Below are positions 13,472 through 26,475 of a stretch of DNA of 64,000 bases, piece after piece. Source of the DNA: Octopus vulgaris (taxonomy: Eukaryota); the NCBI GenBank assembly GCA_951406725.2, contig OX597818.1:42594001-42658000 (forward strand). Reading direction: 5' to 3'. Position numbers and translations under genes: made by a program. The notes under the pieces are model-generated. The model was not told the DNA's origin, made no database searches, and saw only the letters and a list, made by a program, of their open reading frames with translations. Position 1 is the stretch's first letter; the number at the start of each line of letters is the position of its first letter.

Positions 13472-15430
13472 TTAAGAAGAATGCTTAGCATAAATAGTTT
13501 CAGCCAGGTTGGTATCAAAAGGGTTAATCAGACTGGCAAGGATCTTCACATACTTCTATTAATGTTCTACTGAGTTTACCATTTTCCTCTACACTCAGCA
13601 ACTTCCAAACACTTAATTACTAGTGAACAAATACTCACCAGGATATCTTAAAACAAAACTTTTCTCTTTAATTTCTTATCATTTCATCTATCTCTTTTAC
13701 ATTCTTTTGATGTCTAACCTAACCTCACTTCACCCTTTGAAACTGACTATTTATCTAGATTGACCATCCATTATATTACTTTTATGGCTGTCTCTCATCT
13801 CTTCATCTTCCCTCTCCTCTCCTATCTCCACCTCCTCCCTACCTTTCCACTATCTTATAATAATGAAATTATTGTATACAGTGCTCAGGTGCACCACAAC
13901 TTTATCCCTTGTTCCTAGCGCTGTCTCTTTCTTAATCTTTTAGTTCTTGCCAACCCTATAGTGGCTATTTTATTAATGTCTTCTTCAATTAGACACCCTT
14001 ATTTTTTTTTGACATCTCTGTTTTGCTCCATAAATTCATTTCTCTTCTGACAGTGGGCTATGTTGCTCACACAACTTACACATGTGCTGTTTCATATACA
14101 GTAACTCGCAACAATCTACTTTATGTATATATAGACACAAAGTATATAACTTCTATTAAACACCTACCCTAGAAACAGCTGTAAAGAACTAGCTGCACTT
14201 TCCTATCCATTACTTATGATATGTTCACTGGTGATCCCAAAGGCTTTGCTTATATATCTAGGTTGAACCAGCAAGAAGGACCACTCAAATTCTCCTCTAT
14301 CTTAGCAACATTTCTGTAAGAGTTTCCTGGATTTTACCCGTCTATGCCTAATCACATTCACCTTCATTTTCGCTATTCTTCTCTCTGCATCCGCACTTTT
14401 TTTGTATGTTATAAATGCACCCTTAAATTTATACGGTTCATTTTCTGTTTCTTCCTCTTGCATTTTCTTTGTTTCAAATTTCTCCTTACTTTAATAAATT
14501 AAATATCAGTGAAATGCTGAGGTCGATGTAATCAACTAGTCCCCTCCCCTAAAATTTCAGGCTTTGTGTCTTTAGTAGAAGGGTTATTACTGCTATTCTC
14601 ATAATTTTGTGTATACCAGGGCTCATACATTTGTATTCATGGTTTCAGGAGGCTGCCATGCATGTAAGCTTGTTTATATCTGATTCTGTGTGTTCATACA
14701 TGTATGCATTTATGGGTGTCTGAACATAGAAGACCCTGAGCACCAAACCGTATTTAATATGATGGCCTGCTTTTGAACTTCTCAACCATATGACCTGTTA
14801 TCTGTCAAACCATTTCCTTCTTTGTTGGAATGCAATTCATTCTATCATCAAGGTTCTTCAGTTACTTTCTTTTCTTTTTTTTTTTCTTTTTCTTTCCTTT
14901 TATTCCTTTCTGTCTTTGTTTTTTTCCCCTCTGTTTTTCTTTCTTTCCTTTCTTTCTCTCCTTTCTTTCCTTCCTTTCTTTCTCTCTTTTTCTTTCTTTC
15001 CTTTCTTCTCCCTGTGATGCAGATCACTGGCCACCTATGTCGCATTATTAATATGTCCTTTTAATTTTTCTCTTTATTTTCCATTATCTTTATTGCAATT
15101 TTATTATACACTGAGTCTGGGTTTTTTTTTCACTTCAAATCTGTTAACATGCAAAACCCTCACATACACACACACATTCAATATTTTTTTCCTGTACTGT
15201 TCATAACGTTTTCTTGATGTAAACCCTTTGTGGTAAAGATGGACAAGAGCAGAAAGACTGATAAAACTGAATGGACTGACATTGAGTATGCTTTTCAAAG
15301 CAGGAGGAAAGAAACTGGAAGAGGGCACTTTCCCATGCCTCAGAGTAATCCGAAATTTTTACAAGGGATTTTACCCAAATTACCCTAAGTAGACTGCTCC
15401 ACTATTGGGGATTCTATTTATTCATTTATT

Positions 15431-15800
15431 TATTACTTCCACCTTAGTGAAGGCAGAGGTATTGTTTTCAGTCATGTTTGTTTGTCCGTGGACAAGATAT
15501 CAGATATCTCAAGAACTGTAGGATGGATTTGGATGAAGCTTTCAGGCATGTTTGGCCTCATGACTGGCATGAACTGATTAATTTTTGGGATAGAGCCAGT
15601 ACCGGACAAGGATTCTGGATTATTTTTCCTGTTTTTTTACTTAATTTTTGACAGCAGTTGGGTTCATTTTTAGTATTCTCATTTGTGAGAGCAGTTGAGT
15701 TTAATTTAGTTATTCTCATTTCGAAAATCATCTCTGTCTAATTGCTGAGAGGATGTTGGTGTTGCCTTGGCAGAGGTTTGCGCTCTGCGAGTGCTCTTGT
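15431..15800 (+). mobile_element. Helentron-associated non-autonomous element (DINE-1/HINE-like)
   Basis: 5' ttattacttccacc..ggcagagg subterminal IR, internal gtttgtttgtccgt, 3' ggcagaggtttgcgctctgcgagtgc hairpin. Confidence 0.7.
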
Positions 15801-16124
15801 TTATTATTCATTTCCCTAATTTCTATAATATATCCATTGTTATATCTTTTAATTTGGTAGTGTCTCCCTTTGATTGATGTAACTCCCACCTGTCTTTGTT
15901 TTTGTTTTTGGTTTTGAATGTCCTTTGATATTGTCCTTCATGTCTTGGGCCCTTGTGGCCAATAAAAGAAATCATCATTCTTATCATTATTATTTCTTTT
16001 ATTTACCACCAGGGGTGAAGGATGAGGGGGAAAATGCAAAAACAGATATAAAGTGTTGGGTGTCCACATATTTAGCTGCTGTGGATATAGTCTCACTTGG
16101 TTTATTACGGAATCTTCCATACCA

Positions 16125-17400
16125 TCATATAACATATGTTGCATGTTTACCCATAGAAATAATACAATAATACTTTTTGTCTAAGCTGTTTAGTTCATCT
16201 GCTGTCCATGTGATTACCCCTGTTCCATATCTAAGGAGTGAAACTGCCCAGGTGTTGATAGCTTCAATCTTATTCCATCCATTTAATTTTGACTTAAGGA
16301 TCAAAATCCCCAAGTACTTATAGCCCGTCTCTTCTATCTGCTTCATAACCTCCCCCAACGGTATCGTTAGCCCATCCATACATTTGATTTTGCCTCTCTT
16401 CAAAACTAACACACCACACTTTCTCAGTCCAAACTCCATTCTGATATCAGCACTGAAGATATACACCATATCAATGAGGGAACTGACTTGGGCTTCATCT
16501 TTACCATAAAGTTTGAGGTCATCCATGAATAACAAATGGTTGACTTTTTGTTGGCGGCTTTTGAATACACACCCAGCTTTTGCTTTCCTCAGAATCAGTG
16601 TCAGTGGTATCAAGCACAGTACAAAGATTAGTGGGGACAGGCAGTCCCCTTGGAAGATGCCCCTCCTGATTTCTACTGTCCCTAAACTTCTCCCATATGC
16701 TGTCAGGTCTGTCCTCCAATTCGCCATACTTTTCCCAAGCAATCGCTCAACATGCAATGCAATACCAAATAGGTTCATACATTCCATTATCCAAGAGTGT
16801 GGGATCATATCATACACCTTACAATAGTTGATCCATGACATGGCTAAAGTTACTTTTCCTCCTCTTGCAGTCTCTACGTACAGTTTTGTCAATCAGGAGT
16901 TGATCCTTGGTACTTCTGCACTTACACATGCAACCCTTCTGCTCATGTGGCAGGACTCCATTTCTTTCCAGATGTTCATACATTGAATCTGCGAGTATTC
17001 AAGTTAATAATTTCCACATGTGGCAAACAGGATATCGGCCGACAATTGTTCACCATATTGCCTTTTTTGATGTTTTTCAAGCACAGCACTGTCCTACCCA
17101 ATGTCAACCACTCTGGTGTTACTTGGTCAGCATTTAACAAGGTGTTGAGTTGCTCAGCTATTCATGCATGACATTCACCAAATTTTTTGATCCAGTAACC
17201 CACGTTTTCTGCTACAACAATACTTCCTGCTTTGATCAAATTATTTATTTCTGTGATGTTTGTTCTGATGTATTTCATAATTTCAATGACATTTCCCATT
17301 TCTTGGTTCAACTTCCACCAATCAACCTTTTTAAGGTTGCAAATAATGTTGCTATCATTCTCCTGTAGTCTTGCCTTTATTCTGTCGTAGATTGCCTTTT
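16125..17400 (-). pseudogene. R4/Dong-clade non-LTR retrotransposon, RT fragment
   Basis: 'RRGIFQGDCLSPLIF', 'NHLLFMDDLKLY', 'YKYLGI', 'AINTWAVSLLRY'. Confidence 0.85.
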
Positions 17401-17484
17401 GTTCATCTGTCATGTCACCATTAGTTTTATTGTCTTCTTTTAGATCATCTATATATCTTGCATCAAGTAAACAACCACTGCACC

Positions 17485-17486
<2 letters not shown>

Positions 17487-17542
<56 letters not shown>

Positions 17543-17546
17543 CATA

Positions 17547-17585
<39 letters not shown>

Positions 17586-17894
17586 TAGTTTTATTTTTAT
17601 AGCGTGCTTTCACTTCACTACCGAGCGCAGCTCTGTGTGCCTTGGGTATGTGCTGTGATTTGTTGTGATGCTCTGATGGTTATTGTATGGAAAGTGTTCT
17701 GCGTAGGATGTGTGCAGTGCCTAGTAGTGCAATTTTCTGTATGTTATATGTGTTTGTAAGTCCTGGTGTTTTTGTTATGTATTTGTCTGAATATTTTTTT
17801 ATCATGCCTAATGCACCTACTATGATAGGAATTGTTTCTGTTTTCAGGTTCCACATTCTAGTTACCTCTATTTCCAGGTCTTTGTATTTTGAGA

Positions 17895-17936
<42 letters not shown>

Positions 17937-17938
17937 TG

Positions 17939-17981
<43 letters not shown>

Positions 17982-17983
17982 TG

Positions 17984-18050
<67 letters not shown>
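17487..18050 (-). mobile_element. Dong/R4 3' end (17584-17895) embedded in (TAA)n microsatellite
   Basis: 'KYKDLEIEVTRMWNLKTETIPIIVGALG...IQKIALLGTAHILRRTL' restriction-like endonuclease C-terminus, with (TTA)n on both sides. Confidence 0.85.
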
Positions 18051-18052
<2 letters not shown>

Positions 18053-19100
18053 GAAAACTCACGGCTTATTTTGCTGGGTATGATGGAAAGTGTCAATTGT
18101 CCACAAACTGCAGACTAGGGTGACACTTGTTTACCGGTCAGTTCCAAGCAATGCTGATTTTTGCAGGTGCTCTACCTTCACACTTGCACCAATCTTTTTC
18201 AGCCATGTTGGTAGTTGAGCGCTGATACTTCCAAGTGCACTGTACACCAATTATTATTGGTATCATGTCTACTCTCTTCATTGACCACAACCTTCATATT
18301 TCCCACTTCAAATTGTTGTAGTTGTTTATTTTGTCTTCATTCACATTGATCCTGTTTTCACCAGGGTACGTTATGCCAATTATCATACATGTTCTTTCTT
18401 TTTTATTCACCACAACAATGTCCAGTTTCCAATGTTTGGTTGGGTGATCACATTGGATCATTGTATCCGATGTTTGGTTGGGTGATCACATTGGATCATT
18501 GTATCCCACAGGATTTTGCAATTCTCATTTTTGGTGACAGCTTCTGGAGTTTTCATGATATGTTGCATCATGATTTCATGAATCCCTTGTGGGGTTCCCA
18601 TGAGAGTTGTTGTTGAGATCCCATCTCTCCCTTCCTCTCTTTATTTGTATATACACATATTTATATATGTGTATGCACATGTATGTACATACACATATAT
18701 ATATAAATAACGTGCTCACATTGTCTCGCCTCCACAACCACAGTGATTAGCATTATCTTCATCATTCTACCTATTGCATTTTAAAATATCAATAATGATA
18801 TGGGCCCCAGTATATTGCAGCAGATCTTTGTCCTTATTTATCAAATACTCGGCAAGCGTACTCCTTTCACTCCTTATACAATGGTCTATACTAATCAGTC
18901 CTTTGCCACCATTCTTTCTTTTCATATACAGTCTGTTTACGTTTGCAGTTGACACTTAATAGAACCTTTTGCACTCCCTGCATAAATCCAAGGGTCATTT
19001 GCAACTAATTTTTAGTTCCTTTACTGGTCATTTCAAGTGCTCCCTCAATCACTGGTATTGTAACTGTCTTGAGAGTATGAGGAAGAGAAACAGTTTGGTG
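18051..19100 (-). mobile_element. Additional decayed R4/Dong-like fragments
   Basis: 'RLYMKRKNGGKGLISI' (18767-18955), 'IPVIEGAL' (~19050), RLE-like remnant at 18090-18400. Confidence 0.6.
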
Positions 19101-19585
19101 AATAGACCAAATTCTACAGGTCTGTAAATACATTCCGCAGATGGTGAGGAGATCAGCAGTGGGCATTCCTATGCAATAAGGAGACAAAAGGGGCCTCACA
19201 CCCTTGGGGTCAGCAGAGGTCAAATGTGTTTACTACTACTATCGATCAATGAGCACACTGACCTTGGTCTTGAAAGAACCTGTTCATCTTGTTCTATTTT
19301 TAATTACTGATAGAAAAAATAATATATAAATACTGGTGTTCACATTATTAAATTTTTTAATTTCTAATTTTTTATTTTTTTTATTTTTCTTTTCTTTTTA
19401 TAAGTTTTTCTACGTTTTACAGTTTTTGTAATTGTGCGGCTTGTATATATTGGCAGGTGCTTATCTCCTTAATTCTTTTTTTTTATCATGCATTAAATTG
19501 TGTTGTTGCAATAAAAAGTATGTGTACATATTCGGGTAGTCAGGGAGAAAAGAAAGATAAAATTTTCACACAAAATTGTAGATAT

Positions 19586-21390
19586 TAACCTTCTGTCAGT
19601 GGGTCCATTTCAGTTTTTTTTTTCAGTTGCTTTTTCCTACTCTTTATATTATTTGATTCTGCTGATTTCTTGTGACTCTTATTTTTTCTTGACTCTCTTT
19701 TATTTGTCAAATGGGAAATTTTCCATATGCTAGAAAATTTCACTTCACACATTAATTACCGTATGGGTCCACTGGACCCTCAAATTAAATTCAGACAATA
19801 CTCTTGTCATTCTAAACAGAATAAAAGCAGTATCAAATATTTTTTTCCTAGATATTTATCAGATATAAAATAGATAAAATTGTATTCAATCTCTTTGTTG
19901 AATTTTAGAAAAAATAGGAAAAATTATGAAAATGTTCCTTTAAATTTGTGTGGTATTCCATCACCTTCAGTTTGCTAGGTTATAAGGTGATGCAATATTT
20001 CTATGTAATGACACAATTCTTACAATATATTGCAATATCTTTCAGATATTGTGAGAGCACAATATTTATCTTTAGTATGCTATCAAGTTTCATATAGTTC
20101 AGTTGTGCTTTCAAGTATGCCTAGATGGGAAAACTTGAGGTTATTGGAATTAGAAGAATGGGAAGAAGATAGTAGTGATTCCTTCTATGGCTCTGAAGAT
20201 GATGGTGAAAATGATTGTGTGCAGGACAGTTTAGGTTCTGTGTCATCAGATGATGAAGATACTCAAAAACAATTATCTGCAAGCCATCCAAGTATAAATG
20301 AGCAATATGTTTCTGGAGATAAACAAAATGCTTGGTATTCTAATCCTCTTACTCAAGCAGGAGTAAGAACTTCGTCTTGCAATATTGTGTGCCAAGAATG
20401 TAGACCATCCCATTTTGCTAAAAGGTCTTGAGATAGCATTGAAACGTATTTTACTATTTTTATGCACCAGAATCTTCTTGAAGTAATTCGTAAAAAATAT
20501 TGAAGGCCAGATTGTTTACAATTTCTTTCCTGTTTACAAAGGAAGGAAACTGATCACTCTGAACTAAAGAAATTTATTGGACTCATTATTCTTATAGGTT
20601 TTATAAATCTAAACATGAAAATTTTACACAGTTATGGAGTCAAGAAGATGGCCAACCAATATTCAACAAAATTAGAGCCAGAAAAGATTTCAACAGATTT
20701 TACAAGTATTGCATTTTGATGATGCTAATGCAAGAAGAAAAAAGAGAAGTGATGATAAATTGGATCCCATAAGAGAAGTATTTGAAATGTAGAATCAGAA
20801 TTTGCAAGATGGATATGTTCCAAGTTCATGCATGACAGTTGATGAACAGTTAGTTTCATTCAGAGAGCACTACTCATTCTGGGTATATATTTCTTCAAAA
20901 TCAGGGAAATATGGAATTAAAATTTGGGCAATATGCGACAGTGAAATATCTTATGCCTAGAAAATGCAAATCTACACTGGAAAAGACAAAAGGGAGAGAG
21001 ACAAATCAAGGTTCAAGAGTTGTTGAAAACCTACTAAAAGAACTCGAAAATACTGGTCGCAATATAAGTTGTGATAATTTTTTTACAAGTCTAGGATTGG
21101 TTCGAAAGCTGCTTAGCAAGAAAACTACTTTAGTTGGAACAATTATAAAAAACAGAGTTGAACTTCTAAGTGCTTTCACAAATGGAAAAGAAAGAGAAAT
21201 CAACAGCACAGTATTTGGATTTCAAAAGGATTCTATGATCCTATCTTATTGTCTCAAGGAAAATTATGTCGTCACACTTATGAGTACAATGTACTCTCAG
21301 CCTTCAATTGATTCAAAATGTGCCGAAAAGAAACATGAAGTTATTACATGTTGCAACAAAGCAAAAGGAGGAATAGATACTCTGAATGCA
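19586..21390 (+). pseudogene. Decayed piggyBac (PGBD4-like) transposase element, 3'-truncated by an RTE fragment
   Basis: Acidic N-terminus, 'MTVDEQL', 'KYGIKIWA', 'RNISCDNFFTS', 'LVGT..KNR', 'NKAKGGIDT'. Confidence 0.85.
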
Positions 21391-22048
21391 TAGTTGTGAG
21401 AATAGGAATAGGCTGAGCAAAGTTCAGAGAGCTCCTATCTCTGCTGGCAATAAATGGCCTCTCTCTCAGAGTGAAAGGCAGATTGCATGATGCCTGTGTG
21501 CAAATAGTTATGCTACATGGCAGTGAAATATAGGCCGTGGCAACCAAGGACATGAGTAGGCATTAAAGAAATGAAACCAGTTTGCTTTGCTGGATATCCA
21601 ATGTCAGTGTGCATGTGCGACAGAGAGAAAAATAGGGCATAAGAAACATCAGATGTGGTGTGCAAGCGAGACAACTGCAGTGGTATGGTCATGTGATGCA
21701 TATTGACAAGGACACCTGTGTAAAAAATACCAATCTCTGTGAAGGGAACTTGCGATAGGGGGAGACCCAGGAAGACATGGGACGAGGTGGTGAAGCATGA
21801 CTAGTGATATGCTGTGCTTGAGAAGACCCACCAAGCCAAGTGAAATCATAGTCATGACCGCTGCTGGTGTCATGTAAAAGCACCCATTACACTCTCAGAG
21901 TGGTTGGCATTAGGAAGGGCAGCCAGCAGTAGAAACCATGCCAAATCAGACTGGAGTCTGGGACACCTTTCCAGCTTGCCAGCTCTGGTCATACAATCCA
22001 ACCCATGCCAGCATGGACAACGGACGTTGAATGATGATAATGATGATA

Positions 22049-22085
<37 letters not shown>
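21391..22085 (+). mobile_element. RTE LINE 3' fragment continuing into SINE-shared tail with (GAT)n
   Basis: Similar to 39060-39690 and to the reverse complement of 3800-4380. Confidence 0.8.
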
Positions 22086-22086
<1 letters not shown>

Positions 22087-22087
22087 A

Positions 22088-22621
22088 TATCTCTTATATA
22101 AAATCCATTCCATCTGTCTGTGTGTGTGCCTTCTCGGATATCGGGCATGCCCCATCCGATTGTGCTCAAATTTGATATGTAGATACCAATGGTATCAGGG
22201 AGTGTATATAAGTCTTGAAAAAATTACAAAAATCGATTCCAGGTGAGAATGCGATCAATAAAGCCGTTTTTGTCCTGCTTTTCTTCAGTCAACCTGTATA
22301 TAACTGCACCTTCCATTTTTTGTTGTTTTTGTACTGCTTAAAGACACGTTTCTTTCCTGCCAAGCTTACTTGTTTACACCATGTTTGTGTTCTCCCAGTC
22401 AACAGCCTTATTAATACTGGTACTTTAAACTCTTCGGTTGCATATTTGTGTGAATAAAATCGTTTTTCTTTGGAATAGAAAAAAATCTTTATTTCTTCTT
22501 TTGCTGGTGTCTCAATTTAGGTTAAATCAGTCGGTCGGACAAGTTGTTTTGAGAAAATTTAGTTTAAATGTTTGACAACTCAGCACCGTCCATTGGACGG
22601 GGGTGGGGGTGTTTTGCTCGT
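22088..22621 (+). mobile_element. Putative non-autonomous Helitron
   Basis: 5' TCtcttatataaaa, (tg)n, ccgattgtgctcaaatttg; 3' ccgtcca-t-tggacgg hairpin then ctcgt (degenerate CTAG). Confidence 0.55.
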
Positions 22622-22626
22622 GTATG

Positions 22627-22691
<65 letters not shown>

Positions 22692-22835
22692 GCCAGTTTG
22701 GGATCTGAAGATATGCCATAAGGCTAAACCTCCTATGAGCAAGAAACCCAGGGTAACCCCATAAACCGTCCTCCCCCATTATAATATATATATATATATA
22801 CACGCGCGTGCACACACACACACACACACACATAT

Positions 22836-23495
22836 TGGGCCTCACAGAGGCAATAACAAATGATTGAGTCCTTTAGCAATATGCCGTACTTGAGAATAAG
22901 CCCCATCAAGCCAAGGGAAATGATAGTTGTGGCAGATACTGGTGTCGTACAACTGGCACCTGTGCCAGTGGCATGTAAGAGCACCCATTACACTCTCAGG
23001 GTGGTTGGTGTTAGGAAGGGGATCCAGCTGCAGAAACCATGCCAAATCAGACTGGAGTCTGGTGCAGCCCCTCAGTTTGCCATCCCTGGTCAAACTGTCC
23101 AACCCATGCCAGCATGGACAACAGATTTTGATGATGATGATGATGATAATGGTGTGCATGCATACATATATATATCTCAGTGCTGGTGGCACATAAGAGA
23201 ACCATCCGAACGTGGCCGTTGCCAGCGCCGCCCCGACTGGCCTCCGTGCCGGTGGCACGTAAAATGCACCATCCGATCGTGGCCGTTTGCCAGCCTCGTC
23301 TGGCATGTAAAAAGCACCCACTACACTCATGGAGTGGTTGGCGTTAGGAGGGGCATCCAGCCGTAGAAACATTTCCAGATCAGACTGGGCCTGGTGCAGC
23401 CTCCTGGCTTACCAAACCCCAGCTGAATCGTCCAATCCATGCCAGCATGGAAAGCAGACGCCAAACGATGATGATGATGATGATGATGATGATGA
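22836..23495 (+). mobile_element. Two RTE-tailed SINE copies, the second with internal ~60-bp subrepeats
   Basis: gtgccggtggcacgtaaaa...gcaccatccgatcgtggccgtt units; (GAT)n tails. Confidence 0.8.
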
Positions 23496-24207
23496 TACAT
23501 ACATACATACAAATATATATGCATGAGTGAGTGTGTGTGCATGTGGTGTGTGTGTGCATGTGATGTGTGCATGTGGTGTGTGCATGTGGTGTGTGTGTAC
23601 ACCCACACATACATGCACACACATACACTCATCTACATACAAATATAAATGTATTGACAGTTGCATTGTGGTAGGATAACTACAGTCATTAAAAAGTAAA
23701 TATATAATTATATTCCCCATTACTATATTAATGTTTTACAATTATGACATATTAGATAGCAATGTTTTAATGGCACAAATAAGACATGTCTCCAACACTA
23801 CTTCCCTGCATCTATAAAACTCAAATGTTGACTTTTACAGCACTGTGTTTGTCTAATAGTTATTTATTACCCCAACACGTTCACCACCACCACCATCACC
23901 ATCACCATTATGTTGCACTGAATTTTTGTCTTTTCTTTCTGTCACTTTGTCTGTCATTCACCATCTCTGTTGACTTTTATGTGTGTGTGTGTGTGTGTGT
24001 GTAGTCAGTTCAAATAAACAATCAATTCAAATAAATGAATAATGAAATTAACAATAAAAGACAAGAGGACATGCACAGTGAATGTATTAGTTTGACGCTC
24101 AGTAAAAGGAAAGAGTTTTTGATGTTTCAAGCATAGCTCTTCATCGGAAAGGAAAAGGTGAAAAGTTCAAAGAAAGAAAAGAAATCTCCAACAGCTCGTG
24201 TGTAGAT

Positions 24208-25712
24208 ACAAAGTTACCTTTACAATTTGAAAAAATTTTTTTAAATGAAGAATAAGAATAAGTCTGCAGAATTTATTGAAAAAATAGGCAAAGAAACACA
24301 GAAAGTGTGTCAATAGCCAGCTGGAGAAGATGTTCTCCTGGGGCTACAAGCTACAGTAACATCCACCCTTAGTGATTAGCCATATTTAGATGGCAAATAT
24401 ACTTCACATTGTCGTGCAGTTACTGTCTATACCTCGTTCAGAGATTTATTATTGCAAAGAAATAAAGTTTTACTAGAATCATCAGAACACTCCCACATGG
24501 TCTCCTTTCATTGCATGCAATACATCTTGACAATGCTCAGTTTCTGACCAAGTGCATTGGAGCCTCCCCTCATCAATGTTGGATATGGTTTCACACAGTT
24601 TTTCCTATGTGATCACTAAGGTCTTGAACATTTGTATGATAGACTCTAACGTATCCCCACAAGATGTCCAGAGGGGTTATATTTCATGACCTACTTGTAG
24701 GTGGCTAGGGTACTGGACCACCTCTTCTAATCCATTGGTTTGGAAAAGTTTCATTAAGAAACTCTCAAACATTCAACCCCCAATGGGGCAACACACCATC
24801 CTATTGCAAATTACATATGGAACAAATTCTCGTAAAAGATCAAAGTAAAAGTAGAAAGTAATTTTTTCTTCTGCAAAGCAAAATGGGCCAATCATTTGAT
24901 CAAACATGATGTTGCACCATATGTTGACTTTTGAGCTATTTCTCTCCATTTTTCTTGTTTTGTGTGGGTTTTCCAAACCCTGGATCCTGATGTTGTGCTT
25001 ATTTATCATACCTGGTCAAGAAAGTGTTGCATCGTAACTGAAACAACTCTTTCAAAGGAAGCTTTCCTCTTCATCTAACGGAGCTAGCATGTCCACTGCA
25101 AATTGTTTCCTTTGAGGTTTATTATTTGGTTGAAGTGCTTACAAAACTTGCACTTTATAAGCATAAAGCTTCAAATTCTTGTGCAAAACTTTGTGAATTT
25201 TTGACCATGGTAAGCTTAACTGTCTACTTGAAGTAAGAATGGACTTAGTAGGACTACAATGGAATACTGCTGAAATTTGCTCAATATCTTCCACAGATTT
25301 TCTCAGTGACCCAGCCCTTGTTTTCTGTAGGATGTTTCCTGCTTACATAAACTATTTATGCCAGGTGCAGATGTTCAGACAAGTTGGTGATTATTTTCCA
25401 TACTTTATACAGTAATACTGCTGGACCTGATGTATCTGATACAGTCTCTATGAGCCAGGATACACGTGCGCTTTCTCTTTTGTTGTCAGTTTCATTAAAA
25501 GTCAGGGATAATAATAAACACCTTTAAACACAAACAAAAGTAGTTTAAATATTAAAACAAAGTACATAGATTAAAACTATTACATAGATTACATAGTACA
25601 TAGATTAAAACTTTAACAATATTTATTCAACATGCAAAGAAGTTGATTGATAGATTTCAACTTTATTGATACAATAATTGTGGAAGTTGTAAAGATAATT
25701 TATGAACATTTT
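24208..25712 (-). pseudogene. Decayed IS630-Tc1-mariner element (rosa/DD41D-like)
   Basis: 'KVNIWC....MIGPFCFAE', 'ITPLDI.LWGYV' on the - strand; related termini containing ctttacaa. Confidence 0.75.
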
Positions 25713-25723
25713 GTGTGTGTGTG

Positions 25724-25781
<58 letters not shown>

Positions 25782-26000
25782 TTATTTAGGGTGTCTATGA
25801 GATACCACCATGCTGAAAATAGCAGCCAAAATCTGACTCTAAAACCACATTAAATGTTCATACAGCACAAGGAGAGAAGACAAAAAGACAAAATAAAACT
25901 AGCAAAAAATTACTGGATAATTCCAGATCCTGGATTTCTGGATTTGCATTAAGAAATGCTTTGCCCCATCAGTGGAATATACACAGAAAGTAACATGAAT

Positions 26001-26032
<32 letters not shown>

Positions 26033-26069
26033 ATATATATACAGGATGTTCTTCTTCCCAGCTCTAGCC

Positions 26070-26475
26070 AATAGAGCTAAGCCAAGAGGATGGCCAAAGG
26101 CCTGAAGGTGTGAGTTTTCTCAGTCCATAACCCTAACCCCAGGCCCACATCTGGAGTGCCACATGCTGTGACACTTCCCCAACAGTAGCTTGATGTGTTG
26201 AGATACAAGCCCAGGATCTGCTGTTCATCAGGCTGAGAAAGGAAAAATATCAAAGTATTGGTCACTATCTGACAGGTTTATGGTTGAACCTGTGGCAGTG
26301 GAGACCTCCAGATTTCTTGGCCCCCAGACCATAACCCTGCTCACCACTATCAGGGCAGAGATGGTTATCTGCAAGTGTGAGCCCTATGAGTTACAGTGGC
26401 TGTTCTAGCTTATCTTCCTTGCCATCCTCAAAGGAAATGCCTGTTCCATTTTGTCTGCTGGGACCATGAGGTAGT
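26070..26475 (+). pseudogene. CRE-clade non-LTR retrotransposon, restriction-like endonuclease C-terminus remnant
   Basis: 'EDGQRPEGVS', 'IWSATCCDT', 'AEKGKISKY', 'VEPVAVETS', 'WLF*LIFLAILKGNACSI'. Confidence 0.7.

Noticed and set aside
14790-15064. F/L/S-rich and K/R/E-rich ORFs
   Set aside because: Low-complexity (CTTT)n tract
17680-18118. Poly-N/L/I/Y ORFs
   Set aside because: Translations of (TAA)n microsatellite
22842-23720. Long overlapping ORFs (up to 176 aa); similar at 49178-49649
   Set aside because: Chance open frames through SINEs and microsatellites
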